Virus record (IMG/VR): IMGVR_UViG_3300045391_000822
Location: 91,599 to 155,598 of that record
Strand: one strand, 5' to 3'
DNA: 64,000 nt
Origin: a virus
Below the pieces are notes generated by a model. It was given only the letters and a program-made list of their open reading frames with translations. It had not been told where the DNA came from and did not search any database. Both the position numbers and the translations under genes were made by a program. Shown one piece after another: positions 35,588 to 45,490 of this stretch (positions are counted from its first letter, which is position 1; every line of letters begins with the position of its first letter).

Positions 35588-37360
35588 ATGGTCGCTGCAA
35601 AGTTTCGGACCGACTATGAAGCTCAGAAATGGGCTTCATTAGCGAACGCAGACAGGGCGGCTCTTGATAGGTTAGCAGCAGGAACAGCTACACCTCAGGA
35701 CATACGCCGTGTCCAATCCTTGGTAACCAAGTCCTATGGATTGGCGACCACCGTTTTCAACAAAGGCCTTAAAGCCATTGAGGCTGCAGCTAACGATCGA
35801 ATTGCCCATATCAACGATACACGGGTTGCCAAGGGTAAGGAGCCGCTTACCACTGGACAGTTCGAGGCTCTGCTTACTAAGGCCCTCGATAAAGCATGGT
35901 CAGACCAAGGCCCTGAACTAGTTGTAATTATCGAAGACGCGATTGTCAAGGAATCGCATTCTCAGGATAAACGCTTTGGGTCCATTCTTCACGATAAGCT
36001 TCGTCAGTTCCATGAGGAACGTGCCGCTAACGAAGCTTCATTGGACGAACACCAGAAGAGCCAAGATGAAAATCTAGCCTACGCAACCTTGAAGAAGGTT
36101 AACAGTATCCCGAACATCGTTGAAGAACGTGTTGAGCGTGCTGTTAAACGTGCTCTTGAGAATTACAAGGGTCCTCAAGTTGTAGGTAATCCAACTACTG
36201 AAGCAGCAAATTCTTCAACAGCCACTTATTCTCCAGGATCGGTATTAGGCACACAACCTGGTAGTAAGGAAGATGAGCGTAAGTGGCAAACGTTCTCTCG
36301 ATTCAATGAAGACGGCGAACTCATCCAAGTTGCAAAAGAGAATGAAGGCGCAACGGGTGCTGTTCGTCGATCTCTGGAACTTATTGAACAGCAGAACAAC
36401 CAGAATTCGCGTGACAAGGATGACGAACGTCGGTCGAAAACTTGGTGGCGGTCTCTTAAATCCTTCATGGGTGACAAACTCTGGGGTAAGACTAAGAAAG
36501 CCGGAATGTCTATTGGTGCAGGTTTACTTGCGCTTGCGGGTAAGCTATTGATGACTCAGCTGTTTGGTGGGACGCTATGGCGTCACTTGTCCGACTACCT
36601 AAGCGTGGAGAAGATAAAGACTTATGCCTCAGAGTTTCTTGATTGGGCGATGGAAGGTGGGAAGAAAATCGTTGGGTACATCAACGATAAATTAAACCCA
36701 TTCCATGAGTCTAATGAAGAGATTGTTAAGAAAGTTGATAACAACATGCCTGGCCAAGAGGCTGCAATTGGTCATTCAGAGTCAGAGCTTGCTCGTTGGC
36801 AAGCAATGTTGGCTAAAGATCCTAACGATCGTAAGGCACAGATACAGGTAGCGAAATACCAAAAATTGGTAGCCTTACAGAAGAGCGGTAAGCAGAACTT
36901 AGAAGACACAGCAAGTATGGCGCAAGCCAACATTGCTTCAGGTATTAAAACCCCTGCGGATTTTGTGACTGCAAATACAGACAAGTTAAGGGACCAGCAG
37001 AAAGCGGCTAACACTACGCCTACTGCGTCTACGACTGCGCCACTAGGGACAGCGTCTGTACCAACTGCCGTGGGTCCGCTCACAGCAAAGGGTGCTGGTA
37101 AGAGTACGCTAGGTTCAGGCATGTATGATCCAGGATTTGGATCGGCAGGTCGTAGTACCATGTTCCCTAACCTCAGTGGTCCTACGTTAAGCCCTGCGGA
37201 AATAATGCCTTCTACTGCAGGTACTTCGGGATCAAGCGGTTCTAGCCGACCAATAACGCAAGGTACTGGTGCACCTACCAACAGTATGCAGGACTTGAAA
37301 CGTGGTTCATCTACAGATGGCATACTTGGTGCAGTGAACCTAGGTATGCTCACAGGCTAA
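35588..37360 (+). CDS. tape measure / T4 gp29-like hub protein
   Basis: 590 aa helical, central hydrophobic segment, S/T/G-rich C-terminus; follows chaperones. Confidence 0.5.
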   Translation: MVAAKFRTDYEAQKWASLANADRAALDRLAAGTATPQDIRRVQSLVTKSYGLATTVFNKGLKAIEAAANDRIAHINDTRVAKGKEPLTTGQFEALLTKALDKAWSDQGPELVVIIEDAIVKESHSQDKRFGSILHDKLRQFHEERAANEASLDEHQKSQDENLAYATLKKVNSIPNIVEERVERAVKRALENYKGPQVVGNPTTEAANSSTATYSPGSVLGTQPGSKEDERKWQTFSRFNEDGELIQVAKENEGATGAVRRSLELIEQQNNQNSRDKDDERRSKTWWRSLKSFMGDKLWGKTKKAGMSIGAGLLALAGKLLMTQLFGGTLWRHLSDYLSVEKIKTYASEFLDWAMEGGKKIVGYINDKLNPFHESNEEIVKKVDNNMPGQEAAIGHSESELARWQAMLAKDPNDRKAQIQVAKYQKLVALQKSGKQNLEDTASMAQANIASGIKTPADFVTANTDKLRDQQKAANTTPTASTTAPLGTASVPTAVGPLTAKGAGKSTLGSGMYDPGFGSAGRSTMFPNLSGPTLSPAEIMPSTAGTSGSSGSSRPITQGTGAPTNSMQDLKRGSSTDGILGAVNLGMLTG

Positions 37361-37369
37361 GGAGTAGTC

Positions 37370-38866
37370 ATGACACCATCAGCGGTGCTCGGTCGATATG
37401 GTGATCCTGGCGTCTTCGAGGTGGTGACCGATACCTACAAAGATGATGACGGGAAATATAAGCCTATGAATTTGCTTCGTGCGCGTGCAGTCAACGCCAT
37501 GGAGCAAAATGAAGAGGAAGATGACGCACCGCCAAGTTCAGCGTTGGCTCGACTCTTTGTTGCGCGTGCAAAAGCGTCCCAAGAAGAAAACGGCGAGGAA
37601 GACCTATCAGACGGAGGTACCGCCAAGGTAGCTAAATGGACCATATTCAGTATGGTTCGTACTGTTGGTGGTTTTGCGGTACGCACCCTGGCTACCATTG
37701 GTGCATGGACTCTCCGAATGGCGCGGTCCTTAATATGGACTGTCGGTAGATTTGTTCTTCGTTCTATAGTTGTGCCGGTCTTAGAAGGACTTGCCGCAAT
37801 ACTTACCACCCCAGTAGGGCTGGGTGTCACTGCTATTCTCGGTGGTGCAGCAGTTGGTTATTTTCTGTATCGATCATTCTTTAAAGGTGACGACCCCCAT
37901 AGTGTTGATAAGGGTGGAAGCTTAGAAAAGTCCAACACCGATGAGGACACCAGTTTCTGGAGTAACATATTTGGATCCAGCAGGTCAGATAATGCCTACA
38001 ATGAAAGCCTAGGTAGTTCGTCAGCCTACGGTGTAGGAGCTACAGCTGATCGTGTTGCATCAACCTATGTAGAAGGATCTGCTTCTGACGAAGAGATATC
38101 CAAAGGTGCAGACACAGTTAATAGATATAGGTCTTCCTCAGTAGCGGCAGCTATAAAAGAAGCATCACGCGTTACCGGTATGAGTGAGGCTGTCCTTACA
38201 GCTATTGCTTATCGTGAGTCTGCATTTAACCCACGCGCAGGTGCAAGTACATCTTCAGCTAAGGGTCTGTTCCAGTTTATCAAAGGTACCTGGGCCTATA
38301 TGGTAAAGACGTATGGAGCAAGATTTGGTGTCCCTCAAGACGCTGATATATTTGATCCGCTTTCAAACGCCATCATGGGTGCAGTGTTCCTGAAGTATGA
38401 GGTGTATCCTTCAATTAGTGCAGTTAAGCCTAATCCCAACGCTACGGATCTTTACATAGGTCATTTCATGGGAGCGCAAGGCGGAGCACAATGGTTGAAG
38501 ATGCTTAGCAGCGATCCAGGACGCTATGCCTATCTAGACTGGCCGGATGCAGCAGCGGCTAACAGGAGTGTTTACTGGAACAGCAAGACAGGTAAACCTC
38601 GTACCTATGCTGAGATCTACAACATGTTCAACTCAGGATTGCGAGGTATTGAGGGTGCGATGTCGAAAGATACTAGCTCCACTAAAGTTAATCCTGTTCA
38701 GAGCATGCCTGAGTCTAGGCCGGAGTTATTACCATCAACCGAAACTGTTAAACCAGAAGCAGTAGCACTTGGTACAGCAGGTCAACAGCAGTCAGGAGGC
38801 GGAGGCCAGCAGGCTTCTACGCCAAACTATATCAAATACAAGGGCATGGCAGTAGCCGTGCATTAA
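37370..38866 (+). CDS. tail-associated lytic transglycosylase (SLT domain) with hydrophobic N-terminal region
   Basis: AIAYRESAFNPRA...SAKGLFQFIKGTW...DP..NAIMGA..L..YIGHFMG SLT motifs. Confidence 0.85.
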   Translation: MTPSAVLGRYGDPGVFEVVTDTYKDDDGKYKPMNLLRARAVNAMEQNEEEDDAPPSSALARLFVARAKASQEENGEEDLSDGGTAKVAKWTIFSMVRTVGGFAVRTLATIGAWTLRMARSLIWTVGRFVLRSIVVPVLEGLAAILTTPVGLGVTAILGGAAVGYFLYRSFFKGDDPHSVDKGGSLEKSNTDEDTSFWSNIFGSSRSDNAYNESLGSSSAYGVGATADRVASTYVEGSASDEEISKGADTVNRYRSSSVAAAIKEASRVTGMSEAVLTAIAYRESAFNPRAGASTSSAKGLFQFIKGTWAYMVKTYGARFGVPQDADIFDPLSNAIMGAVFLKYEVYPSISAVKPNPNATDLYIGHFMGAQGGAQWLKMLSSDPGRYAYLDWPDAAAANRSVYWNSKTGKPRTYAEIYNMFNSGLRGIEGAMSKDTSSTKVNPVQSMPESRPELLPSTETVKPEAVALGTAGQQQSGGGGQQASTPNYIKYKGMAVAVH

Positions 38867-38874
38867 GGTGTGTC

Positions 38875-39903
38875 ATGTTGAACGCCAATCCAAACTACCT
38901 GGTCACCATTATGAGTGTCTTGGATAGTCCGGGACAGCAACATATTTCAGTCACTGCACCGATGCCTGAGACGTTTATGTACGACGCATCGGTGCAGTAT
39001 GATTCACCCTTCACACAAGCCCTTACAGGCAACGTGATGATTGATACTATTCTGCGTGTAGGCGTAGCTGCTAAGTTGGTGACGCAAGCTATGACTGCGC
39101 AGATATGGCAAGGATCGACAGAAACGGAACTTGGGCTTGAACTGGAGTTTCAAGCCGAAACTAATCCAGCTACCGAGGTAAGAGACCCTATAGTTTCGTT
39201 ACTCAGGCTGGTTACTGCATCTACTGATTTCGAAGGGCTAATCACCAGTCCTGGGCCTAAGATTGATTCAGCCATCATGCAGGATTTCGTGTCGGCCGCT
39301 AAGAAGGTAGGTTCTTCTATAGCCGATTCATTCTCTAGTTTTTCATTGCCTGGTACGAAAGAACTTGGAAGTATCCTTAACACAGGTATCACTTCGATTC
39401 AGCCATCTGGACAAGGGGCAGCAAATGCACAACCCTCTTCTAGCCAGACGCTAGGTACAGTGGACTACTACAAGTCCAAAGTAAGGGATCAGATTTCAAT
39501 TCGTATAGGCAACTATGCGTTTTTTGATTCTGTGGTAATCACTAGTGTACAGAAGACCTACGAATCTCAGTTCGACGCCCTCACAGGATTGCCTTATTAT
39601 GCGAAGGTAGCAATTCGGTTCAAGCCTTTGTTCATGATTACGCAGTCTGATCTGAATAAGATTTTCTTCCCGCCTCCGTCTTCAGGTGCTCCTACCTCTG
39701 GATCTACCTTACCACTTAATGGCACAAACATATCTACTACCGCAGCATTAGGATCGTTGAGTGGACTGTCACCAGCAGCAGGACAAACCGGTGATCCTCG
39801 TAACTTCCTGAGTAACGCGATAGATACGGTAAGCAGTACAGCCAAGAGTATTGCATCTCGAGTAGGGCAAGAAATTTCGGCTGGATTTCCTCTAAAGTTC
39901 TAA
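38875..39903 (+). CDS. baseplate tail-tube cap/initiator (gp48-like)
   Basis: QIWQGS..L.LEL.F, SIRIGNY..FDSVVITSV...Y, PYYAKVAIRF; position in operon. Confidence 0.55.
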   Translation: MLNANPNYLVTIMSVLDSPGQQHISVTAPMPETFMYDASVQYDSPFTQALTGNVMIDTILRVGVAAKLVTQAMTAQIWQGSTETELGLELEFQAETNPATEVRDPIVSLLRLVTASTDFEGLITSPGPKIDSAIMQDFVSAAKKVGSSIADSFSSFSLPGTKELGSILNTGITSIQPSGQGAANAQPSSSQTLGTVDYYKSKVRDQISIRIGNYAFFDSVVITSVQKTYESQFDALTGLPYYAKVAIRFKPLFMITQSDLNKIFFPPPSSGAPTSGSTLPLNGTNISTTAALGSLSGLSPAAGQTGDPRNFLSNAIDTVSSTAKSIASRVGQEISAGFPLKF

Positions 39904-39912
39904 GGAAAGGTC

Positions 39913-40263
39913 ATGGCAGCAATTGACTACAGACAGGACTACACGTATTCGCAATTCACCCCAGTGGACAATACTGGTAAAGCCAGAAACGTGTTCAAGT
40001 CTGCCTATAAGAATCTTCGCTTCGTACTTCAACTTCAAGAGATACGTGCGTTGTCAGAAGATGAAGCCGCTAATCTACCAGGGTTGAGTTTTGGACAATA
40101 CGGTGTTGTTGACTTCTGGAGGGTTCTACTCCAGTACAACGGTCTACAGGATCCTATACAGGACGTGTACGCAGGTATGCAGTTCATGTTCCCTACCAAG
40201 TCCAGCGCCATTTCGTGGATGACCCAGCAGCAAAATAGTCAGACGACCACCCTTACTATCTAG
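39913..40263 (+). CDS. LysM-like baseplate wedge protein (gp53/gpX-like)
   Basis: LPGLSFGQYGVVDFWRVLLQYNGLQDP...AGMQFMFP. Confidence 0.7.
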   Translation: MAAIDYRQDYTYSQFTPVDNTGKARNVFKSAYKNLRFVLQLQEIRALSEDEAANLPGLSFGQYGVVDFWRVLLQYNGLQDPIQDVYAGMQFMFPTKSSAISWMTQQQNSQTTTLTI

Positions 40264-40270
40264 GTGGATC

Positions 40271-41392
40271 ATGAGTAGCTACATCATCCAGAATCGGATT
40301 GAGGTAAGTATCTTCCTCAATGGGGTAAATTACCCTGTACAGGCAATCAACACTATCAACTTCATCCGAATGGACTGCATGATTGGTTCTGTGTTGCCTA
40401 CCTGCCATTTCAGTATCACAGATGCGTCAGACCTGATACTGAACAACAAGTTGATCCAAGATGGTACAACCGTATCGTTTGTTATCAAGGCCTTAGGTGC
40501 ACCGCAGAGTAGAACCTATAATTTCCGGGTGTTCAAATTTAAACCTGAGAGATCCGTCCTTGGAACAAGGTGGGACGTAGATGGTTACTGGGATGCTCCT
40601 CTTTATTGGTTAGGTACCACGAGTGAAGGCATAAGGGGCACGTCAGATTCTGTGCTATCAACTATAGCTGCGCGTTGTGGTCTAGCGTATGAAGGTGACG
40701 TAACTGCCGATCCTCAATTATGGTTACCACAGAATAGGACATACGGTGAGTGGGTTCGGGAAATCGTTAAGCGCGGTTACCTGAATGACCAATCATTGAT
40801 GTTCAGTGGAGTTGATTTCACGGGTACCCTTCGGTATAAGGATTTCAATCCTAAAGCTGCCGAAGTTCAAAGACTTGTGTATGGTATGTTCAAGAGTGGC
40901 GAGACGCCTGTTCAGGATTTCAAGCCATCATCCAACAGCGGGTTCAACAACAAATTAACCGGCTACAGCAATGCGCGGCGAGCTCAATCAACGCTTGGTA
41001 GTGTTGACCAGGTTGCGTACAGTGAACTTAGTTTTACACCAGACTCAAGGGAGCCCCTTTTTAATCTGGACCTGAAGCAGACGCAGCAACGTGGTTACCA
41101 GCAATTTGCTCCAATTGACTTTGGTAATACTCATGAGTCATATGAGCAAGCCCGGTATCAGAATATGCGCTACGCGAACCTCCATAATCTGGTGGTAGAC
41201 TTCATGACCAACAGCTTCACTGGTCTTAATCTATTCGATACCTTCACGTTCTCTACCAGGCAGGAAGGTGGACAGGTAGATACTACCTACAGTGGTAAGT
41301 ATAAGGTATCAGCAGTGAACATCACAATACGTGGGGCCAATTATGTTGAATACATAGAAGGCACTCGTCATGGTACAAATTTGTTGGAGTAA
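40271..41392 (+). CDS. baseplate hub protein (gp27-like)
   Basis: 373 aa between LysM and spike genes; C-terminal YSGKYKVSAV. Confidence 0.6.
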   Translation: MSSYIIQNRIEVSIFLNGVNYPVQAINTINFIRMDCMIGSVLPTCHFSITDASDLILNNKLIQDGTTVSFVIKALGAPQSRTYNFRVFKFKPERSVLGTRWDVDGYWDAPLYWLGTTSEGIRGTSDSVLSTIAARCGLAYEGDVTADPQLWLPQNRTYGEWVREIVKRGYLNDQSLMFSGVDFTGTLRYKDFNPKAAEVQRLVYGMFKSGETPVQDFKPSSNSGFNNKLTGYSNARRAQSTLGSVDQVAYSELSFTPDSREPLFNLDLKQTQQRGYQQFAPIDFGNTHESYEQARYQNMRYANLHNLVVDFMTNSFTGLNLFDTFTFSTRQEGGQVDTTYSGKYKVSAVNITIRGANYVEYIEGTRHGTNLLE

Positions 41393-41395
41393 AGA

Positions 41396-42220
41396 ATGCC
41401 CCTCAACAAGGTAAATGATAATCTAGAGGCGGCTCAGGACTATGAGAAGAAACTGTTCTACGGTAGGGTTACGAATAACGTTGATCCTCTAGGTTTAGGA
41501 CGGTTTCAGGTAACAGTACCCGGTCTGTATGACGAAGGCGAGCTGCCGTGGGTAGGAGTCAAACGTTACAGTCCTTTTGGTGTTGGTCCCGGTTTTGGTG
41601 TATATGGATCTCCAAGTCTTGGGTCTACAGCAGTCCTGAAGTTGCAAGAAGGTGATGCACACTATCCCATATGTTTGGGGTACCTATTAGATCAATCAAA
41701 TGCAGATCCTAGATTTGCAAGCGAGAAGACCTGGGGTTTCGTAGATCCTAGTGGCAACGTGCTCTACGTGAACATGGACACGCAGGAGTGGACGTTCACT
41801 CATAGTTCAGGAACAACCTACACCATCAATGAACAAGGTGACCTAATTTCACACATTGTTGGTGAGCGCAATATCACGATTGACAAAAGCACTACCATAA
41901 CAACCAATGGTGGGAATACCACCATAAACACGACGTCTGGTAACACCAATATCAGTACGTCAGGGGCTACTACTATCCAGAGTGGCTCCTCGGTGACGAT
42001 TAATACACCACAAACTAACGTCCTTGGAGCACTAACTGTCTCAGGGCTTACCCGGCTGCAAGGTGGGATTATCGTTACAGGGGATGCAGGCGGGGCTGCT
42101 GGATTTATTACAGGTAACTTTATTCATACGGATGGTATCCTTTCGTCCAATGGTGTTATCTTGCATACGCACGTTCACCCATACGACGATGGCGACACTG
42201 GTCCTCCGATTGCAGGGTAA
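41396..42220 (+). CDS. baseplate central spike (gp5/gpV-like)
   Basis: N-terminal OB fold GRVTNNVDPLGLGRFQV.VPGL..LPW; beta-helix repeats; C-terminal LHTHVH iron-binding tip. Confidence 0.85.
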   Translation: MPLNKVNDNLEAAQDYEKKLFYGRVTNNVDPLGLGRFQVTVPGLYDEGELPWVGVKRYSPFGVGPGFGVYGSPSLGSTAVLKLQEGDAHYPICLGYLLDQSNADPRFASEKTWGFVDPSGNVLYVNMDTQEWTFTHSSGTTYTINEQGDLISHIVGERNITIDKSTTITTNGGNTTINTTSGNTNISTSGATTIQSGSSVTINTPQTNVLGALTVSGLTRLQGGIIVTGDAGGAAGFITGNFIHTDGILSSNGVILHTHVHPYDDGDTGPPIAG

Positions 42221-42225
42221 ATTTT

Positions 42226-43251
42226 ATGAAGCTTCACGAGATGCGGAAATTTATAAAAGAGAAATGGAACGACAAGTTCTTTGTTCTCGAGAAAAACCGC
42301 GTTGGTCACTTTGTCCTTTACTGTGAAGAGCATGATCGTAAGTGGATGGTAACGAAGGCCAAACTATTGGCCGGCAAAGGCGATTGCGTCATGTGCCGGC
42401 CAAACGGTCCTCCTAAGCCTAAACCTATGTTGCCCCATTCGGTATACGTGGATAGGATCAAAGCACTTCACCCTTCCTTTGAAGTGATTGGTCAATACAA
42501 CGGGGTGATGCGTAACTGTACACACCGTTGTAAGCTCTGCGGATTTGAATGGGAAGCTACACCTAACAATGTTCAAAAGCGTTACTACAAATGCCCGTCT
42601 TGTTTGAATCAAGGATTGAAGCTAACTAAGCAACAGAAGAAGGCAGCTGAAACTGTTGTACTCGACGGGCGTAAAGAGCGTTATGAACAGATAAGAAAAG
42701 AGCGTAAAGAGGATAACGTCGATACGCTCGAAAAGAGTAAGCTCAAGGAGATAGAGTTCCGATTGGATAACGGTATGGAAATTCCGTACTACCTAAAGGA
42801 AATTTATCGGAAGCATTATGGTACACACCTGGAAGATCTAGAACCGGCGGAAGAAGATTTTGATCCTGAGGCACCTCAAGAAGTTGAGCAGCCTGATGCT
42901 CCTGATTGGGATAGCGATGATACGCAGGATTGGACTCCTATGGTACGTGTTAAAGATACTGTATCGCGAGTTGCAGCTCTTGGAGTACAGAAGCTTAACG
43001 TACAGGTTGTGGACATCAACATCGTAGAGGACGACGAGCCTGCTGAGGTAGAGGAACTGGTAAGCATACAACCTGATGAAGTAGCTTCACAGGATGTGGT
43101 TCTACTAGGTGAGGGTGAACTTGAGCTATCCGATGAGGATGATGACCCTGATACCTATCTGGCCCAGCGTGTGAAGCAGTGTAAGGGTTGTTTAGATATG
43201 AAGAGACAACCCTGGCGTGTAGACTGTGAAGTCTGCGGCAAACGGAGATAA
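42226..43251 (+). CDS. multi-Zn-finger protein with acidic C-terminal half, inserted in baseplate operon
   Basis: CEEH, CVMC, CKLC, CPSC, CKGC, CEVC; FEVIGQY..C..CGFEWEATPNN repeat type seen in homing-endonuclease DNA-binding regions. Confidence 0.6.
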   Translation: MKLHEMRKFIKEKWNDKFFVLEKNRVGHFVLYCEEHDRKWMVTKAKLLAGKGDCVMCRPNGPPKPKPMLPHSVYVDRIKALHPSFEVIGQYNGVMRNCTHRCKLCGFEWEATPNNVQKRYYKCPSCLNQGLKLTKQQKKAAETVVLDGRKERYEQIRKERKEDNVDTLEKSKLKEIEFRLDNGMEIPYYLKEIYRKHYGTHLEDLEPAEEDFDPEAPQEVEQPDAPDWDSDDTQDWTPMVRVKDTVSRVAALGVQKLNVQVVDINIVEDDEPAEVEELVSIQPDEVASQDVVLLGEGELELSDEDDDPDTYLAQRVKQCKGCLDMKRQPWRVDCEVCGKRR

Positions 43252-43252
43252 C

Positions 43253-43681
43253 ATGGCAAATCAAGCCCCAACTAGTTACCAGCTTGGATTGTCAGGTGCC
43301 ACGTGGATTGATGTAAACACGTTGTTCACAATCAACGCTTTACCAGATCGCGTACCTGATGAGCAATCAATTATCTATAGTAGCCTGTTCAATTTGCTTA
43401 ACTGTCCTATAGGTGGACGTAGCAGAACTTTCCAGCCTACATATGGATCTATCTTGTATCAGATCCTACAGGAACCTATCGACGATATCACTACCCGATC
43501 GATACAGATTGGATTTATTCAAGCGATCGCAAAATGGGAACCACGGATCACTTTGGATTTCAGTAACACCTACGTGAACGTTGACTACAGCTTACCAGGT
43601 TATCAAGTACGAATTGCGTTCACTGTTAACCTTACACAACAACGAGTGGTACAAGATTTTTCCCTTGTAGCCAATACCTAA
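43253..43681 (+). CDS. baseplate wedge protein (gp25/GPW-like)
   Basis: SLFNLLNCPIGGR..QPTYGS.L...LQEP...IAKWEPRI; start ATG 43253 (GGAG RBS). Confidence 0.85.
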   Translation: MANQAPTSYQLGLSGATWIDVNTLFTINALPDRVPDEQSIIYSSLFNLLNCPIGGRSRTFQPTYGSILYQILQEPIDDITTRSIQIGFIQAIAKWEPRITLDFSNTYVNVDYSLPGYQVRIAFTVNLTQQRVVQDFSLVANT

Positions 43682-43690
43682 GGAACAAGT

Positions 43691-45487
43691 ATGGTTACCA
43701 ACGCTTCACAATTGGTTTTATCTGATCTCACAGCAGAGGTGGATGACTTCGTTGGTCAGTTCAACGCCTACCTGGTTAATCAACCAGTATGGAAAGGTGA
43801 ATTGGTTACGCAGACGTCGCAAACGCTGGTCGAACTTATCTCCTCTGTAGGCGCATTTGACCAAGGTCGGATTTTGCGATCTTATGAAGACTCCTTCCCA
43901 GAGACGGCACAAGCAGACGATGCGGTACGTGCTATCACGACGATGCAAGGTCTTCGTATATCACGATGGTTGCCTTCTGAATTATCGGCAACCATTACGT
44001 CACCTGCTACAGTCACACTGCCCCCTTATACCCAGTTCACTTCTGGGGGAACCTATCTGTTTAATCGAGAACAGGTAGTGCTGAACGCTGGAGTTCCTAC
44101 ACCTATTACGTTGAATCAAGGGTACGTTAAGACGATCCTTATGTACGGTGACGGTAGTGACTTCCAAGCCTACGTCGCCAACGAAGATCCTTTTGTAGTG
44201 GCAGATAGCGACACCAACGTTCGTATTAATGGTGTGCTTATCCAGAAGTCTGGTGGTGTTCTTTGGAACTTCCGAGACCAGCAAGCGTTTGCTGATTTGA
44301 CGATGCCGGATGGTCGTCTTCTGGTTCAGTTTGGTAACTCGCGCTTTGGTGCTGTCCCTGGAAAGACGGATGAGGTCGCGGTTACCTATGTAGTGACCAA
44401 CGGCGAGAATACAAATAATTCTACGCTATCAGGTAAGCGCGTAACTGTAGATGGATTCTCCACAATCTCTGGAACAATTACGTCTAACCCTACAGGCGGC
44501 GCTAGTGAAAAGCCTGTTGTGGTGTATAAGAACGTGGCGTCTGGTGCGTTTGGTACATATGAATCCGGCGTAACCAAACCTCAGTACGTAGCACTAGTTA
44601 ATACCTATCCGGGTATCATTGACGCGGTAACGCAAGCCCAGCGCGAGATCAATCCTATGGATCTCAATTGGATGAACGTTATAAGGGTATCAGCGTTGAC
44701 TACTTCACCATGGACAGTTTCGATGAAGCAGGACTTCATGGATGCCATGCAGAAGATCACGATGTATTCATGCCGGTTCATGTGGCAAGATGCTATCCCT
44801 ATGGACCGTGATGTTGAAGTAGAAGTATACTTCTTCAATACGGCGGTGCTATCCAACGGTCAAGCAAATAGCGAAGCGGCTATTCAAAATCTACTTGCGC
44901 CTAATCCTGGTATTCTTCAGACTGATTTCTTTGAATCAGATATTGATACGGCAATCAAGAAGAACAACAACAGTCAGGTTAGCTATGTAAAGGTCATTCA
45001 GCCGGCAGAGATGATTGTTAACGCCCCTTCTAGCCCGCCTACTACATGGGCTTTAATACCTGGCGGTGCAGCGGCCCCTATGAATCCTGGTATCTATGCG
45101 TATGCGGTTGCCGTGACAAACGCACAAGATGCAGGGCCTCCTAACGGATGGGTGTTTCCTCAGATCGAGGACATACAAGGCACCAATAATGCAATCCAGC
45201 TAACATGGCCTGAAGTTAAAGGAGCTTTGTCGTATCGTGTGTACGGACGACAAGGGGGTAATCCAAGTCAGCCGTTGGGACTGATGGCTACCATTACGCC
45301 TAACCCTGCTAACGCTACAGCGACCTTTGTTGATAATGGAACCATTACTCCGGTAGGTCCGTTACCTAGTACCATGTCGCTGGCACCTATCAGGTACAAC
45401 AGACTCCGTAACCTAACAGTTCGAGTGTACTATGCTGATCGCCAGAAGCGACTCGATGGATCACCTGAGCGCCAAGAACAAGGTTAA
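43691..45487 (+). CDS. baseplate wedge protein (T4 gp6/baseplate J-like)
   Basis: DSFPETAQ, VQFGNSRFGAVP, V.YVVTNG, TGGASE, VTKPQY motifs. Confidence 0.8.
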   Translation: MVTNASQLVLSDLTAEVDDFVGQFNAYLVNQPVWKGELVTQTSQTLVELISSVGAFDQGRILRSYEDSFPETAQADDAVRAITTMQGLRISRWLPSELSATITSPATVTLPPYTQFTSGGTYLFNREQVVLNAGVPTPITLNQGYVKTILMYGDGSDFQAYVANEDPFVVADSDTNVRINGVLIQKSGGVLWNFRDQQAFADLTMPDGRLLVQFGNSRFGAVPGKTDEVAVTYVVTNGENTNNSTLSGKRVTVDGFSTISGTITSNPTGGASEKPVVVYKNVASGAFGTYESGVTKPQYVALVNTYPGIIDAVTQAQREINPMDLNWMNVIRVSALTTSPWTVSMKQDFMDAMQKITMYSCRFMWQDAIPMDRDVEVEVYFFNTAVLSNGQANSEAAIQNLLAPNPGILQTDFFESDIDTAIKKNNNSQVSYVKVIQPAEMIVNAPSSPPTTWALIPGGAAAPMNPGIYAYAVAVTNAQDAGPPNGWVFPQIEDIQGTNNAIQLTWPEVKGALSYRVYGRQGGNPSQPLGLMATITPNPANATATFVDNGTITPVGPLPSTMSLAPIRYNRLRNLTVRVYYADRQKRLDGSPERQEQG

Positions 45488-45490
45488 CAG

